A stretch of 64,000 bases of DNA from an uncultured SAR86 cluster bacterium (GTDB lineage: Bacteria > Pseudomonadota > Gammaproteobacteria > Magnimaribacterales > D2472). A program made the position numbers and the translations under genes. The notes below the pieces were generated by a model that worked only from the letters and a program-made list of their open reading frames with translations, did not search any database and was not told the origin of the DNA. Where the stretch lies: positions 636 to 64,635 of the forward strand of contig CABXJR010000002.1 in NCBI GenBank assembly GCA_902512655.1, read 5' to 3'. This document shows positions 20,561-29,135 of the stretch, in pieces; within the stretch, counting starts at the first letter, position 1; each line of letters starts with the position of its first letter.

Positions 20561-21763
20561 ATGACATTAGCGGCAATAACTAAAGAAAGAACAAATCTTG
20601 ATCTGCATAATGAATTGATCAAAAAAGCTGAAGATCTGATACCAGCTTTTAAAGAAAGATCCGAATCTGCAAACGCAGATAGAAGAATTCCAAAAGAAAC
20701 TATTCAAGACATGAAAGATGCTGGATTTTTTAAAATTTTACAACCTAAGCAATATGGTGGGTTTGAACTAGATCCGCACACTTTTTCAGAAGTTCAATTA
20801 AGAGTTGCGCAGGGTTGTATGTCTACTGCTTGGGTTTTGGGCGTTGTTGGCATTCATACTTTTCAACTTGCACTTTATGATGATAAAGCCCAACAAGAGG
20901 TTTGGGGTGAAGACGATAACACTCTTGTTTCTTCATCTTATGCCCCTATGGGGCAGGTCACTCCCGTTGAAGGGGGGTTTAAATTTTCAGGTCATTGGCA
21001 ATGGTCAAGTGGTTCAGAGCATTGTGATTGGGTATTGCTTGGTGGTTTAATCTTTCCGCCTGAGGGAGGCGCTCCAGAATATAGAACTTTTCTAATTCCG
21101 AAAAGCGATTACGAAATAAAAGATACTTGGTACTCAATGGGTTTAAAGGCAACAGGCAGCCAAGATATACATGTTAATGATGTTTTTGTGCCTGAGTATC
21201 GTACTCACAAACAATCTGATGGCTTTAACCTTACTAATCCAGGTTACGCAGTAAATAAAAATGATCTATATAAAATACCTTGGGGCCAATTATTTGTTAG
21301 AGCTGTTTCAACTCCAGCAATAGGTGCTACAAAAAAAATGTTAGAACTTTTCATAGAAGGCGCTAATAACAAAGCTTCTAGTGATCCATCAAAATTGGCT
21401 GGTGATACTCATACGCAATCAATTGTCGCCGAGGCATCCGCAAAACTTGATGCCATAGAAACTGTTATGTTTAGAAATTATGATGTTATGGTTGATCAGG
21501 CTGGTAATCAAGGCGGTATTCCTATGCTTGATAGAGTAAAGTTTAGGTACGATGCATCCTTAGTGATAGAAAAATGCCTTGAGGTAGTTGATACACTTTT
21601 CTCTAACGCCGGCGGTGGAGCAGTGTTTGCAGGCAGCGATATTCAAAAAATATTTTTAGACGTCCATACATCTAGAGCACATGTTGCCAACAATCCTGTA
21701 AGTTTTTCAAGAAACTATGGAGCCATGCAACTTGGAGTTGAAAATACAGATTATTTTGTATAA
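20561..21763 (+). CDS. Two-component flavin-dependent monooxygenase, oxygenase subunit (HsaA-like, acyl-CoA dehydrogenase fold)
   Basis: RRIPKETI..AGFFKILQPKQYGGFE, CMSTAWV, AQQEVWGED, SSSYAPMG, WSSGSEHCDW, DTWYSMGLKATGS, AHVANN. SD GAGGTG. Confidence 0.85.
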   Translation: MTLAAITKERTNLDLHNELIKKAEDLIPAFKERSESANADRRIPKETIQDMKDAGFFKILQPKQYGGFELDPHTFSEVQLRVAQGCMSTAWVLGVVGIHTFQLALYDDKAQQEVWGEDDNTLVSSSYAPMGQVTPVEGGFKFSGHWQWSSGSEHCDWVLLGGLIFPPEGGAPEYRTFLIPKSDYEIKDTWYSMGLKATGSQDIHVNDVFVPEYRTHKQSDGFNLTNPGYAVNKNDLYKIPWGQLFVRAVSTPAIGATKKMLELFIEGANNKASSDPSKLAGDTHTQSIVAEASAKLDAIETVMFRNYDVMVDQAGNQGGIPMLDRVKFRYDASLVIEKCLEVVDTLFSNAGGGAVFAGSDIQKIFLDVHTSRAHVANNPVSFSRNYGAMQLGVENTDYFV

Positions 21764-21766
21764 CTC

Positions 21767-22534
21767 TTAAAGATGGTAACCACCATCAACTGGTATGCAA
21801 TGCCCAGTGATGTAACCCGCTCTGCTTGAGGCTAAAAATACCGCTGTGTCAGCAACCTCTTTAGGAAATCCAAATCTTTTGATGGCTAGTGTATTCATAA
21901 CAACCTCATGCCAAGCGTCATCAAAGAAAGTATTATTCTCTTCTCTTAATCTATGAAAAATTCCAGTATCTATTACTCCAAGAGCAATTGAGTTTGCTCT
22001 GACACCGTTTTTTCCCTCTTCTTTTGCTATACCTCTTAAGACATGCTCAATAGTTGCCTTAGGTGCAACAGACAAAATATCTCCAGGAGGATACTTAAAT
22101 AATCCTGCAGAACTTATGAAAACTATAGAGCCTTGAGACTCACGCAAATACGGTAATCCAGATTTTATTAAGTTAAAAAAACCATTGATATCTGCATCAA
22201 TAACTCCTTTCCATAAATCAGCATCTATTTCACTGATAAATTTTTGAGGTATATCAAATCCAGCAGCATTAACAAGAGTATTAATAGAACCATAGTCATT
22301 TATGACTTTCTTGAAAGTGTCTTCTACAGATTTGGAGTTACTATTATCTAATTGATATATTTTTACATCAGAATTAATTTCATTTGCCAGATCAACAGCA
22401 ACTTGTTCGTTTTTATAATAAGTAATGGCTACCTTAGCATCAGAATTAGCAAATTCTTGAGCGCACAATGATCCAATGCCTCCACTACCTCCAATAATAA
22501 GAACACAACCTTTTTTAAAATTTAAATCTCTCAT
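21767..22534 (-). CDS. Short-chain dehydrogenase/reductase (atypical active site)
   Basis: GGSGGIG, VNAAG, ISS, SVAPK in place of YxxxK, RANSIALG, FLASSRAGYITG..VDGG. Confidence 0.88.
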   Translation of the reverse strand: MRDLNFKKGCVLIIGGSGGIGSLCAQEFANSDAKVAITYYKNEQVAVDLANEINSDVKIYQLDNSNSKSVEDTFKKVINDYGSINTLVNAAGFDIPQKFISEIDADLWKGVIDADINGFFNLIKSGLPYLRESQGSIVFISSAGLFKYPPGDILSVAPKATIEHVLRGIAKEEGKNGVRANSIALGVIDTGIFHRLREENNTFFDDAWHEVVMNTLAIKRFGFPKEVADTAVFLASSRAGYITGHCIPVDGGYHL

Positions 22535-23814
22535 TTAAAACTTTTCTCAATAAATTTATCATCAGACAAGGCTTCTCCCAGCTGACTAGTAAATTGTACT
22601 GCATAGACGCCATTTATTGCTCGGTGGTCGTAACTAAGTGAAATTGGTAAAAAACTTCGATTTTCAAATCCAGCCTTAGATGAAATAACCTTCTCATAAG
22701 TTTTTGAAATTCCTAGTATAGCTACTTCGGGAGGATTGATTATTGGTGTAAAGAACTTTCCTCCAATTGCTCCAAGAGAACTGATGCTGAAGGATGCACC
22801 TTTCAGGTCAGCAATTTTTAACTTTCGTTTTTTTGCAGCTTCAGCTAGTTCATTAATCTCTGAAGAGATTTCAATAATCGATTTTAATTGTGCATTTTTC
22901 ACATTTGGTACAATCAGGCCTTCAGGGGTATCTACAGCAATACCCAGGTTTACATAATCTTTTAAAATAATTTTTTCTAAACTCTGATCTAAAGAGCAAT
23001 TCAGCAATGGGAAATCAGCAAGTAATTGAGAAGTAATTTTTGCAATGAAAGCTAGAGGGGATATTTTTACTTTATGCTTTTTACATAGCTTAGTTCTAGC
23101 TTCAAGCATTATATTTAAATCACATTCATCATGTTGAGTGACATGGGGGATATTTATCCAAGATGTATGAAGGTTAGCAAGAGAAGATTTCTGAAACTTT
23201 GAAAGCTTTTCTTCCTTGATTGGTCCCCATTTTGAATAATCAATATCAGGCTGAGAAAACTGAAAGCCATTACCTTGCGAAGTTGCAGAAAGTCGAGATC
23301 TTACAAAGTGATGCAAGTCTTCTTTTTGAATCCTATTCTTTGGACCTGTAGGCTGCACAATTGATAAATCAATGCCAAATTCTCTTGCAAGCTTTCTAAC
23401 TGCAGGCCCTGCATAAATATGATCATTATTTACCTTGGTTGTGACTAGAGGTGTTCTTTGCATTTCAGCATTAGATGATTGCTCAAATTCAATCTGTTGT
23501 GTTTTTTTAGGGGCACTCTGGTTTTCTTTACCTTGATCCACATGAGAACCTTCTTCAACTTGTTGCGTAGCATCCTTGGGAACTTCAATTTTTAAAAAAG
23601 AAGAGCCTGAGCTCACTTTATCTCCCACAGAAACTTCAATAGATATAACTTTACCAATTACAGAGGCTGGTATTTCCATTGCAGCTTTATCAGATTCCAA
23701 AACAATAATTGGGTCTTCGGAATTGACTTGATCACCTACTTTGGCGCAAACTTCGATAACTTCAACATCCTCAGCTTCGCCTAGATCTGGAATATTGATA
23801 GTTTTATTAGCCAT
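22531..23814 (-). CDS. aceF: Pyruvate dehydrogenase E2, single lipoyl domain
   Basis: LESDKAAME lipoyl lysine, AGPAVRKLARE binding domain, IPHVT, DHRAING. ATG at 23814 overlaps the aceE stop (TAATG). Confidence 0.94.
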   Translation of the reverse strand: MANKTINIPDLGEAEDVEVIEVCAKVGDQVNSEDPIIVLESDKAAMEIPASVIGKVISIEVSVGDKVSSGSSFLKIEVPKDATQQVEEGSHVDQGKENQSAPKKTQQIEFEQSSNAEMQRTPLVTTKVNNDHIYAGPAVRKLAREFGIDLSIVQPTGPKNRIQKEDLHHFVRSRLSATSQGNGFQFSQPDIDYSKWGPIKEEKLSKFQKSSLANLHTSWINIPHVTQHDECDLNIMLEARTKLCKKHKVKISPLAFIAKITSQLLADFPLLNCSLDQSLEKIILKDYVNLGIAVDTPEGLIVPNVKNAQLKSIIEISSEINELAEAAKKRKLKIADLKGASFSISSLGAIGGKFFTPIINPPEVAILGISKTYEKVISSKAGFENRSFLPISLSYDHRAINGVYAVQFTSQLGEALSDDKFIEKSFK

Positions 23815-26465
23815 TAAACTTCCCAAGGATTTGGTTTGCTTGGATCAACTTTTAATTTCTTGTAAAAATTCGTAATTTCTTTTTTATTGAGATCTCCTTT
23901 ACGGAAAAGTGAGTAAATTGCAAGTCTTGCAATATTGGTTGCATCTACTTCAAAAAATTCTCGTAGTTTTTGTCGTGAGTCGCTTCTTCCATATCCGTCT
24001 GTTCCTAGAGTATAGTATGGCGCTTTAATGAAACCTCTAATTTGCTCAGGATAGGCACGCATATAGTCAGTTGCAGCAATGACAGGAGTTTCTGAACTTG
24101 ATAAACACCTTTCTACATAGGTTTGCTTTTGTTTTGATGTTGGATTTAACTCATTAAAACGCTCTTTTTCCATGCCGTCTTTTCTCAACATATTAAAGCT
24201 AGTTGCACTCCAAACCTCAGATCCAATTCCAAAAGAATCTAGTATTTTTTGAGCCTTGATTGATTCATTCAGGATTGATCCTGAGCCAATTAAAGTAACC
24301 TGAGGTTTATTATGATTATTTAGCTTATATAAACCCTTAATAATTCCTTCCTCTGAGCCCTTTGGCTGGGCTGGTTGCAAATAGTTTTCGTTGGTAACAG
24401 TAATGTAGTAGTAGTAATTTTCCAGATCTACAAACATTTTTTTAATCCCATCTCTAAATATAACTGCTAATTCGTAGGCATAAGCTGGATCGTATGATCG
24501 ACAATTAGGAATTGTGGAAGAAAAGATATGACTATGGCCATCTTGATGTTGCAACCCTTCTCCATTTAAAGTTGTCCTTCCTGATGTCGCTCCAATTAAA
24601 AATCCTTTTGCCTGCGAATCGCCTGCTGCCCATGCCAGATCATGAATACGTTGAAAACCAAACATAGAATAAAACAAATAAATTGGAATCATTGGAATAT
24701 CATAGTTTGAATATGCTGTTGCTAGTGAAATCCAAGCAGAAAATGCTCCAGCTTCATTAATACCCTCTTCTAACATGACTCCATCTTTTGATTCTTTGTA
24801 CCACATGACCTGATCAGCATCTTCAGGCTTATACTTTTGACCCTCAGAAGAATAAATACCTATTTGTCTAAAAAGCCCCTCCATCCCAAAGGTTCTTGCC
24901 TCATCAGGAACAATCGGTATGATTCTCTCTCCGATGCTTTTGTCTTTTAGAATATCTGTCATCATTCGAACAAAAACCATAGTGGAAGAAATTTCTTTAT
25001 CCTCAAAACCTTGAGTGAATTTCTTAAATATAGAATCTGATGGCTTGGTAAGTTTTTGGGTATGTCCTCGCCTTCTGGGTATTGGGCCTCCCAATTTATC
25101 TCTTGCTTTTAAAAGGTATTGTATTTCAGGCGAATCTTTTGGAGGCCTTACATACGGTAACTTTTCAATCTCTTTATCTGAAACTGGGATATCAAATTTA
25201 TCTCTAAATGATTTTATATTCTCAAGAGTCAGTTTCTTAACCTGATGGGTTGTATTGTCTGCTTCCCTGGAACCAGTCCCATAACCTTTTGTGGTAAGAG
25301 CCAAAATAACCGTTGGAGCACCTTTAGAATTCACTGCCTTATGATAAGCAGCATATACTTTATAGGGATCATGTCCTCCTCTGTTTAATTTATAAATATC
25401 TTCATCTGTAAGATCATCAACCATTTCTAAGACATCAGAATCTTGTCCAAAAAATTTTTCTCTCGTATAGGCACCACCTTTTGCTTTAAAATTTTGAAGC
25501 TCTCCATCAACAACCGCATCCATTAGCTCTTGAAGTTTTCCATCTTTATCTCTTGCAAAGATTGGATCCCACAATCTTCCCCAAACAACCTTTATTACAT
25601 TCCATCCAGAACCCCTGAACTCCCTTTCAAGCTCATGAATAATTTTATTATTCCCTCTAACGGGACCATCTAACCTCTGTAAATTGCAATTTATAACAAA
25701 GATTAAATTCTCTAATTTTTCCCTACCAGCTAATCCAATTGCACCCTTAGATTCTGGCTCATCCATTTCACCATCCCCACAAAAGACCCAAACCTTTCTG
25801 TTATTTCTGGGCGCAAGACCTCTAGATGAGAGATATCTCATAATATTAGCTTGATAGATTCCCATAATAGGACCTAAGCCCATTGAAACTGTAGGGAATT
25901 GCCAGTAATCAGGCATAAGCCAAGGATGCGGATATGAAGAGATTCCAGGTTTATCCACCTCTCGCCTAAAATTATCTAAATCATCCTCAGATAAATAGCC
26001 CTCTAAAAAACTTCGTGCATATATACCTGGAGAAGAATGACCTTGAAAGTATATTAAATCCTCTTGACCATCTTCTGAACCTTGAAAAAAATAATTAAAC
26101 CCTACGTCATATAATGTCGCTGAGGATGAAAAAGTTGCAATGTGGCCACCCAAATCATCTGATAACTTATTAGCGCGAAGGACCATAACTAAAGCATTCC
26201 ACCTAATAAGAGATCTAATCTTGCGCTCCATGAATAGATCTCCAGGCATTTTTGCTTCCTCGTTTACCGGAATTGAATTTCTAAAAGGAGTCGTTAAGTT
26301 GTAATTTGGAATAGTTCCTGATTCGGTTAATTTTGACGCAAGTTTACCTAAAATAAATGAGGCTCTATCATTGCCCTCCTCATCAATAATATTTTGCAAA
26401 GCATCTAACCATTCTTTAAGCTCAGGGTCATTAGCGGGAATATTTATTGGGGGTTGATCTTTCAA
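23814..26465 (-). CDS. aceE: Pyruvate dehydrogenase E1, homodimeric type
   Basis: GGHIATF, YFQGHSSPG, SSYPHPWLMP, PTVSMGLGP, GDGEMDEPES, NCNLQRLDGPV, GEGLQHQD, TDGYGRSD. Confidence 0.98.
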   Translation of the reverse strand: MKDQPPINIPANDPELKEWLDALQNIIDEEGNDRASFILGKLASKLTESGTIPNYNLTTPFRNSIPVNEEAKMPGDLFMERKIRSLIRWNALVMVLRANKLSDDLGGHIATFSSSATLYDVGFNYFFQGSEDGQEDLIYFQGHSSPGIYARSFLEGYLSEDDLDNFRREVDKPGISSYPHPWLMPDYWQFPTVSMGLGPIMGIYQANIMRYLSSRGLAPRNNRKVWVFCGDGEMDEPESKGAIGLAGREKLENLIFVINCNLQRLDGPVRGNNKIIHELEREFRGSGWNVIKVVWGRLWDPIFARDKDGKLQELMDAVVDGELQNFKAKGGAYTREKFFGQDSDVLEMVDDLTDEDIYKLNRGGHDPYKVYAAYHKAVNSKGAPTVILALTTKGYGTGSREADNTTHQVKKLTLENIKSFRDKFDIPVSDKEIEKLPYVRPPKDSPEIQYLLKARDKLGGPIPRRRGHTQKLTKPSDSIFKKFTQGFEDKEISSTMVFVRMMTDILKDKSIGERIIPIVPDEARTFGMEGLFRQIGIYSSEGQKYKPEDADQVMWYKESKDGVMLEEGINEAGAFSAWISLATAYSNYDIPMIPIYLFYSMFGFQRIHDLAWAAGDSQAKGFLIGATSGRTTLNGEGLQHQDGHSHIFSSTIPNCRSYDPAYAYELAVIFRDGIKKMFVDLENYYYYITVTNENYLQPAQPKGSEEGIIKGLYKLNNHNKPQVTLIGSGSILNESIKAQKILDSFGIGSEVWSATSFNMLRKDGMEKERFNELNPTSKQKQTYVERCLSSSETPVIAATDYMRAYPEQIRGFIKAPYYTLGTDGYGRSDSRQKLREFFEVDATNIARLAIYSLFRKGDLNKKEITNFYKKLKVDPSKPNPWEV

Positions 26466-26485
26466 AATCTATTTATTTTTTAACT

Positions 26486-26499
26486 TGACAACGCTGTCA
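26486..26499. promoter_or_regulatory. Palindrome TGACA-N4-TGTCA in the aceE/LLM divergent promoter
   Basis: TTGACA-ACGC-TGTCAT; overlaps a consensus -35 hexamer at 26485-26490. Confidence 0.4.
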
Positions 26500-26568
26500 T
26501 GATATATCGATTACTTTTTAATTGTTATTATATTGCTTCTACAAGATTTCATCAAAGGGTAAGTAATT

Positions 26569-27447
26569 ATGCGTTTTTCATATCATCCAACAATGTGCGA
26601 TCCATCATTTTACTTAGAGCTTGGTAAGGCTGCAGAAGCCGCCGGTTTTGATGCAATTACTTTCCCAGATAGTATCTGCTATCCAAAAGAATGTGATTCT
26701 ACATATCCATATAATGATGATGGGAGTAGAGAGTTTCTAGACGGTGTTCCTTTTTTAGAACCATTTTCTATTATCCCAGCTATTGCTGCTATTACTGAGA
26801 AATTAGAATTTTCAACATCTGTTTATAAGCTTGCTCCAAGACAGGCTGTAACTACTGCTAAATTTGTTACAACGTTGGGTGTTATGACAAATAATAGATT
26901 CCATTTTGGAGTTGGAGTTAGCCCATGGTATGAAGATTTCCTTGCCACAGGAGAACGCTGGGACAAACGCGGTAAAAGGATGGATGAACAAATAGATATT
27001 CTTAAAGGGCTCATGAATGGGGAATATTTTGCTTATAAAGGTGAATTTTATGATATCCCTGAACTGAAGCTTTGTCCTGCGCCTACGAAACCAGTGCCCA
27101 TATTAATTGGGGGACATTCAAAGCTTGCTTTAAAAAGAGCTGCAAGGGTTGGTGATGGCTGGATAAGCGCTGGATTAAACTTGGAGGAAACAAAAAGTTT
27201 TATAGATCAGATAAATACCTTTAGGGATGAATTCGGAACATTAGATCATCCGAATTATCAATTTCAAGTAATGGGAGAAGCGGCCTATTCACCTGATGGA
27301 ATAAAGCAACTAGAAGAACTGGGTGCTACTGAAGTCATTGTTGCATTTAAAAATACATATGAAGGCGGGCCAGATGAAAGGACGCTTGATGGAATGATTG
27401 CAGAAATCAACTGGTATTCTGAAGAGGTAATCAATAAATCTAAATAA
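26569..27447 (+). CDS. Luciferase-like monooxygenase family oxidoreductase (probable F420/FMN-dependent, TIGR03619-like)
   Basis: AAEAAGFD, YPY..DG, EPF, RFHFGVGVS, RGKRMDE, PILIGGHSKLALKRAARVGDGW. Confidence 0.88.
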   Translation: MRFSYHPTMCDPSFYLELGKAAEAAGFDAITFPDSICYPKECDSTYPYNDDGSREFLDGVPFLEPFSIIPAIAAITEKLEFSTSVYKLAPRQAVTTAKFVTTLGVMTNNRFHFGVGVSPWYEDFLATGERWDKRGKRMDEQIDILKGLMNGEYFAYKGEFYDIPELKLCPAPTKPVPILIGGHSKLALKRAARVGDGWISAGLNLEETKSFIDQINTFRDEFGTLDHPNYQFQVMGEAAYSPDGIKQLEELGATEVIVAFKNTYEGGPDERTLDGMIAEINWYSEEVINKSK

Positions 27448-27449
27448 AA

Positions 27450-27526
27450 TGGTCGGGATGGCCGGATTTGAACCGACGACCACCTCACCCCCAGCGAGGT
27501 GCGCTACCAGGCTGCGCTACATCCCG
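27450..27526 (-). tRNA. tRNA-Pro(GGG)
   Basis: Reverse complement CGGGATGTAGCGCAGCCTGGTAGCGCACCTCGCTGGGGGTGAGGTGGTCGTCGGTTCAAATCCGGCCATCCCGACCA: cloverleaf, anticodon loop CT-GGG-GG, TTC loop, encoded CCA. Confidence 0.97.
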
Positions 27527-27750
27527 ACACTTGATTTATTTTATTTTTAAAATTTCTTAATACAACCAATCAGAATAATAAAGACATCAATTTAAAACTA
27601 TAATCTATACAAAACTAAGTTTTACTGTACAATCGGGCGCTGAGATATAATTTGTACTGATAATTGTTATTTGTACTATAATAAAGATATTGATATTTAA
27701 AATTAAATTAATTAGCATAAATTTTTGTTTAGATTATTTTTAGAAAAAAA

Positions 27751-27799
27751 TTGTCAAATACTCAATTTATGTTCATAATAAAGCTTTCTACCAGAGGAG
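27751..27799 (+). promoter_or_regulatory. Sigma70-type promoter and SD for the YjbE-like gene
   Basis: TTGTCA(27751)-17 bp-CATAAT(27774), A-tract upstream, GAGGAG at 27794-27799, ATG 27810. Confidence 0.65.
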
Positions 27800-27809
27800 T
27801 TGAAAAGAA

Positions 27810-28445
27810 ATGGCTAAATTAAAAAATAAAATAAGTTACTTACTAGCTCTCGTTGTCCCAGTTTTTTCTATCTCAGCAGTTGCTGACGAACCAAAGACAG
27901 CAGGCTCAGAAGAAGAAGCTGCCAAAGAAGCTTCCGGATCTTTGAGCGCTGGAGCAATAGCAGCAGCTGTAGCAGCAGCAGCAGCAATCGCAGCTGCGAT
28001 TGATGATGATGATGATAGTCCTGCACCGACTCCTGCACCGACCTATATTATTGAAGAACTTGTAGAGGAAACTTCATTAACAACAATCTCAACTGCATCA
28101 TTCACTAACAAAGAAACAGTAACAGTCGGCACAACAACTGCAGTTGGTACTACTCTTGAAACTGTTGGGCAAACTAATACATATACTGCCACATCAACCA
28201 ATCCTGCTGATAACTGGCAAGGCGCAGAATTTGCCGAGGTAGTAGGAACAACAGCTGGTGGTGAAACTATTTATCTAGTTGAAGCTGCAGAAGTTGTGGA
28301 TGTTCAAGTTGAAGTAGATGTAGAAATAGAAGTAGAAACTGAAAGCATTGTCACTGAAATAATCCCAACTATGGTTGATGTTACTGAAGAAGTAGTTAGT
28401 ACAAGCATAGTTACTTCAGTAACCACAATTAATCCTAATCCATAA
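27810..28445 (+). CDS. Secreted acidic Thr/Val/Glu-rich protein, YjbE/GfcA-like N-terminal architecture with a long extension
   Basis: Signal peptide (AVA|DE), Ala-rich hydrophobic segment AGAIAAAVAAAAAIAAAI, DDDDD, PAPTPAPT, ~130-aa T/V/E-rich tail. Adjacent to yjbF/yjbH. Confidence 0.7.
   Translation: MAKLKNKISYLLALVVPVFSISAVADEPKTAGSEEEAAKEASGSLSAGAIAAAVAAAAAIAAAIDDDDDSPAPTPAPTYIIEELVEETSLTTISTASFTNKETVTVGTTTAVGTTLETVGQTNTYTATSTNPADNWQGAEFAEVVGTTAGGETIYLVEAAEVVDVQVEVDVEIEVETESIVTEIIPTMVDVTEEVVSTSIVTSVTTINPNP
28020..28043 (+). repeat. 12-bp tandem repeat x2 encoding PAPT-PAPT, preceded by (GCA)5 and (GAT)5 tracts
   Basis: CCTGCACCGACT CCTGCACCGACC. Confidence 0.8.
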
Positions 28446-28459
28446 TAAAAAAGGAATAT

Positions 28460-28491
28460 AAAAAGGGTGTAGTATTACACCCTTTTTTTTT
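28460..28491. terminator. Bidirectional rho-independent terminator
   Basis: AAAAAGGGTGTA-GTAT-TACACCCTTTTTTTTT between the convergent YjbE-like gene and yjbF. Confidence 0.9.
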
Positions 28492-28499
28492 GCTGGATA

Positions 28500-29135
28500 C
28501 TAATCCCTCGTAAAGGTGTAATAAAACTCTATCTCAAGTGTTTCTAAATAAGGGTGTGATGATGAAACAGTTTTAATTGGTAAACTTGAAATTGAATCGA
28601 CCCAATAAAAATTACTTCCAGACCAATTATAATCATGAGTGATAAAATCCTCACGGTAAGCATGAGCAATAAAAATCTTGTTTAGCTCAATGGGTTTCTT
28701 TCCCAGTTCATAGCTTTTGATAGATTGAGAAATAGTTGCTTGAGGATCGTTTAGTGAGATAAGCAGTTCCCTTTCGCTATCTAGATCCAAATCAATATTA
28801 GATAGATTTAGCACCTCCATATTATGCTTCAAGCCCACTGTTTCAATTATTCTTCCATTTTTAGTAATTATTTTTTCACCATTAGCTCCTACCCACTCAA
28901 AAATATCATTATTCTCTACATTAGCTAAAACTAAGGTTGCTACAAGGCGTTTTCCTAACCTGACTTTGATGAAGCTGGATCTGCTTTTATATAAATAATA
29001 GTCCTTATCAATTTTTATATCTTCTACGCCAACTATAGATGTTTTTGCAAAAGTATATACTTCCCTGTAATCAATATGAGCACATGAATTGATTATGAGG
29101 AATACTAAAATAAAACTCTTATTGATATAAGTCAT
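28500..29135 (-). CDS. YjbF/GfcB family lipoprotein (group 4 capsule)
   Basis: Lipobox IINSC, ATLVLA, WVGANGEKIITKNGRIIETVGL, NFYWVD..S.HPYL. Directly downstream of YjbH. Confidence 0.82.
   Translation of the reverse strand: MTYINKSFILVFLIINSCAHIDYREVYTFAKTSIVGVEDIKIDKDYYLYKSRSSFIKVRLGKRLVATLVLANVENNDIFEWVGANGEKIITKNGRIIETVGLKHNMEVLNLSNIDLDLDSERELLISLNDPQATISQSIKSYELGKKPIELNKIFIAHAYREDFITHDYNWSGSNFYWVDSISSLPIKTVSSSHPYLETLEIEFYYTFTRD

Noticed and set aside
22605-22635. aceF catalytic motif DHRAING instead of DHRVIDG
   Set aside because: The Asn variant occurs in active Azotobacter/Pseudomonas E2 enzymes.
27285-27488. 67-aa ORF MRWSSVQIRPSRP...
   Set aside because: It is a translation of the tRNA-Pro 3' half plus the antisense of the LLM gene.
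27625-27685. Repeated ATTTGTACT / TGTAC words
   Set aside because: Two or three short AT-rich copies. Not a CRISPR array or iteron set; could be chance or a weak binding site.
27450-27809. tRNA-Pro as integration site of a mobile island
   Set aside because: The island lies on the tRNA 5' side. I found no integrase and no duplicated tRNA 3' end near pgsA.
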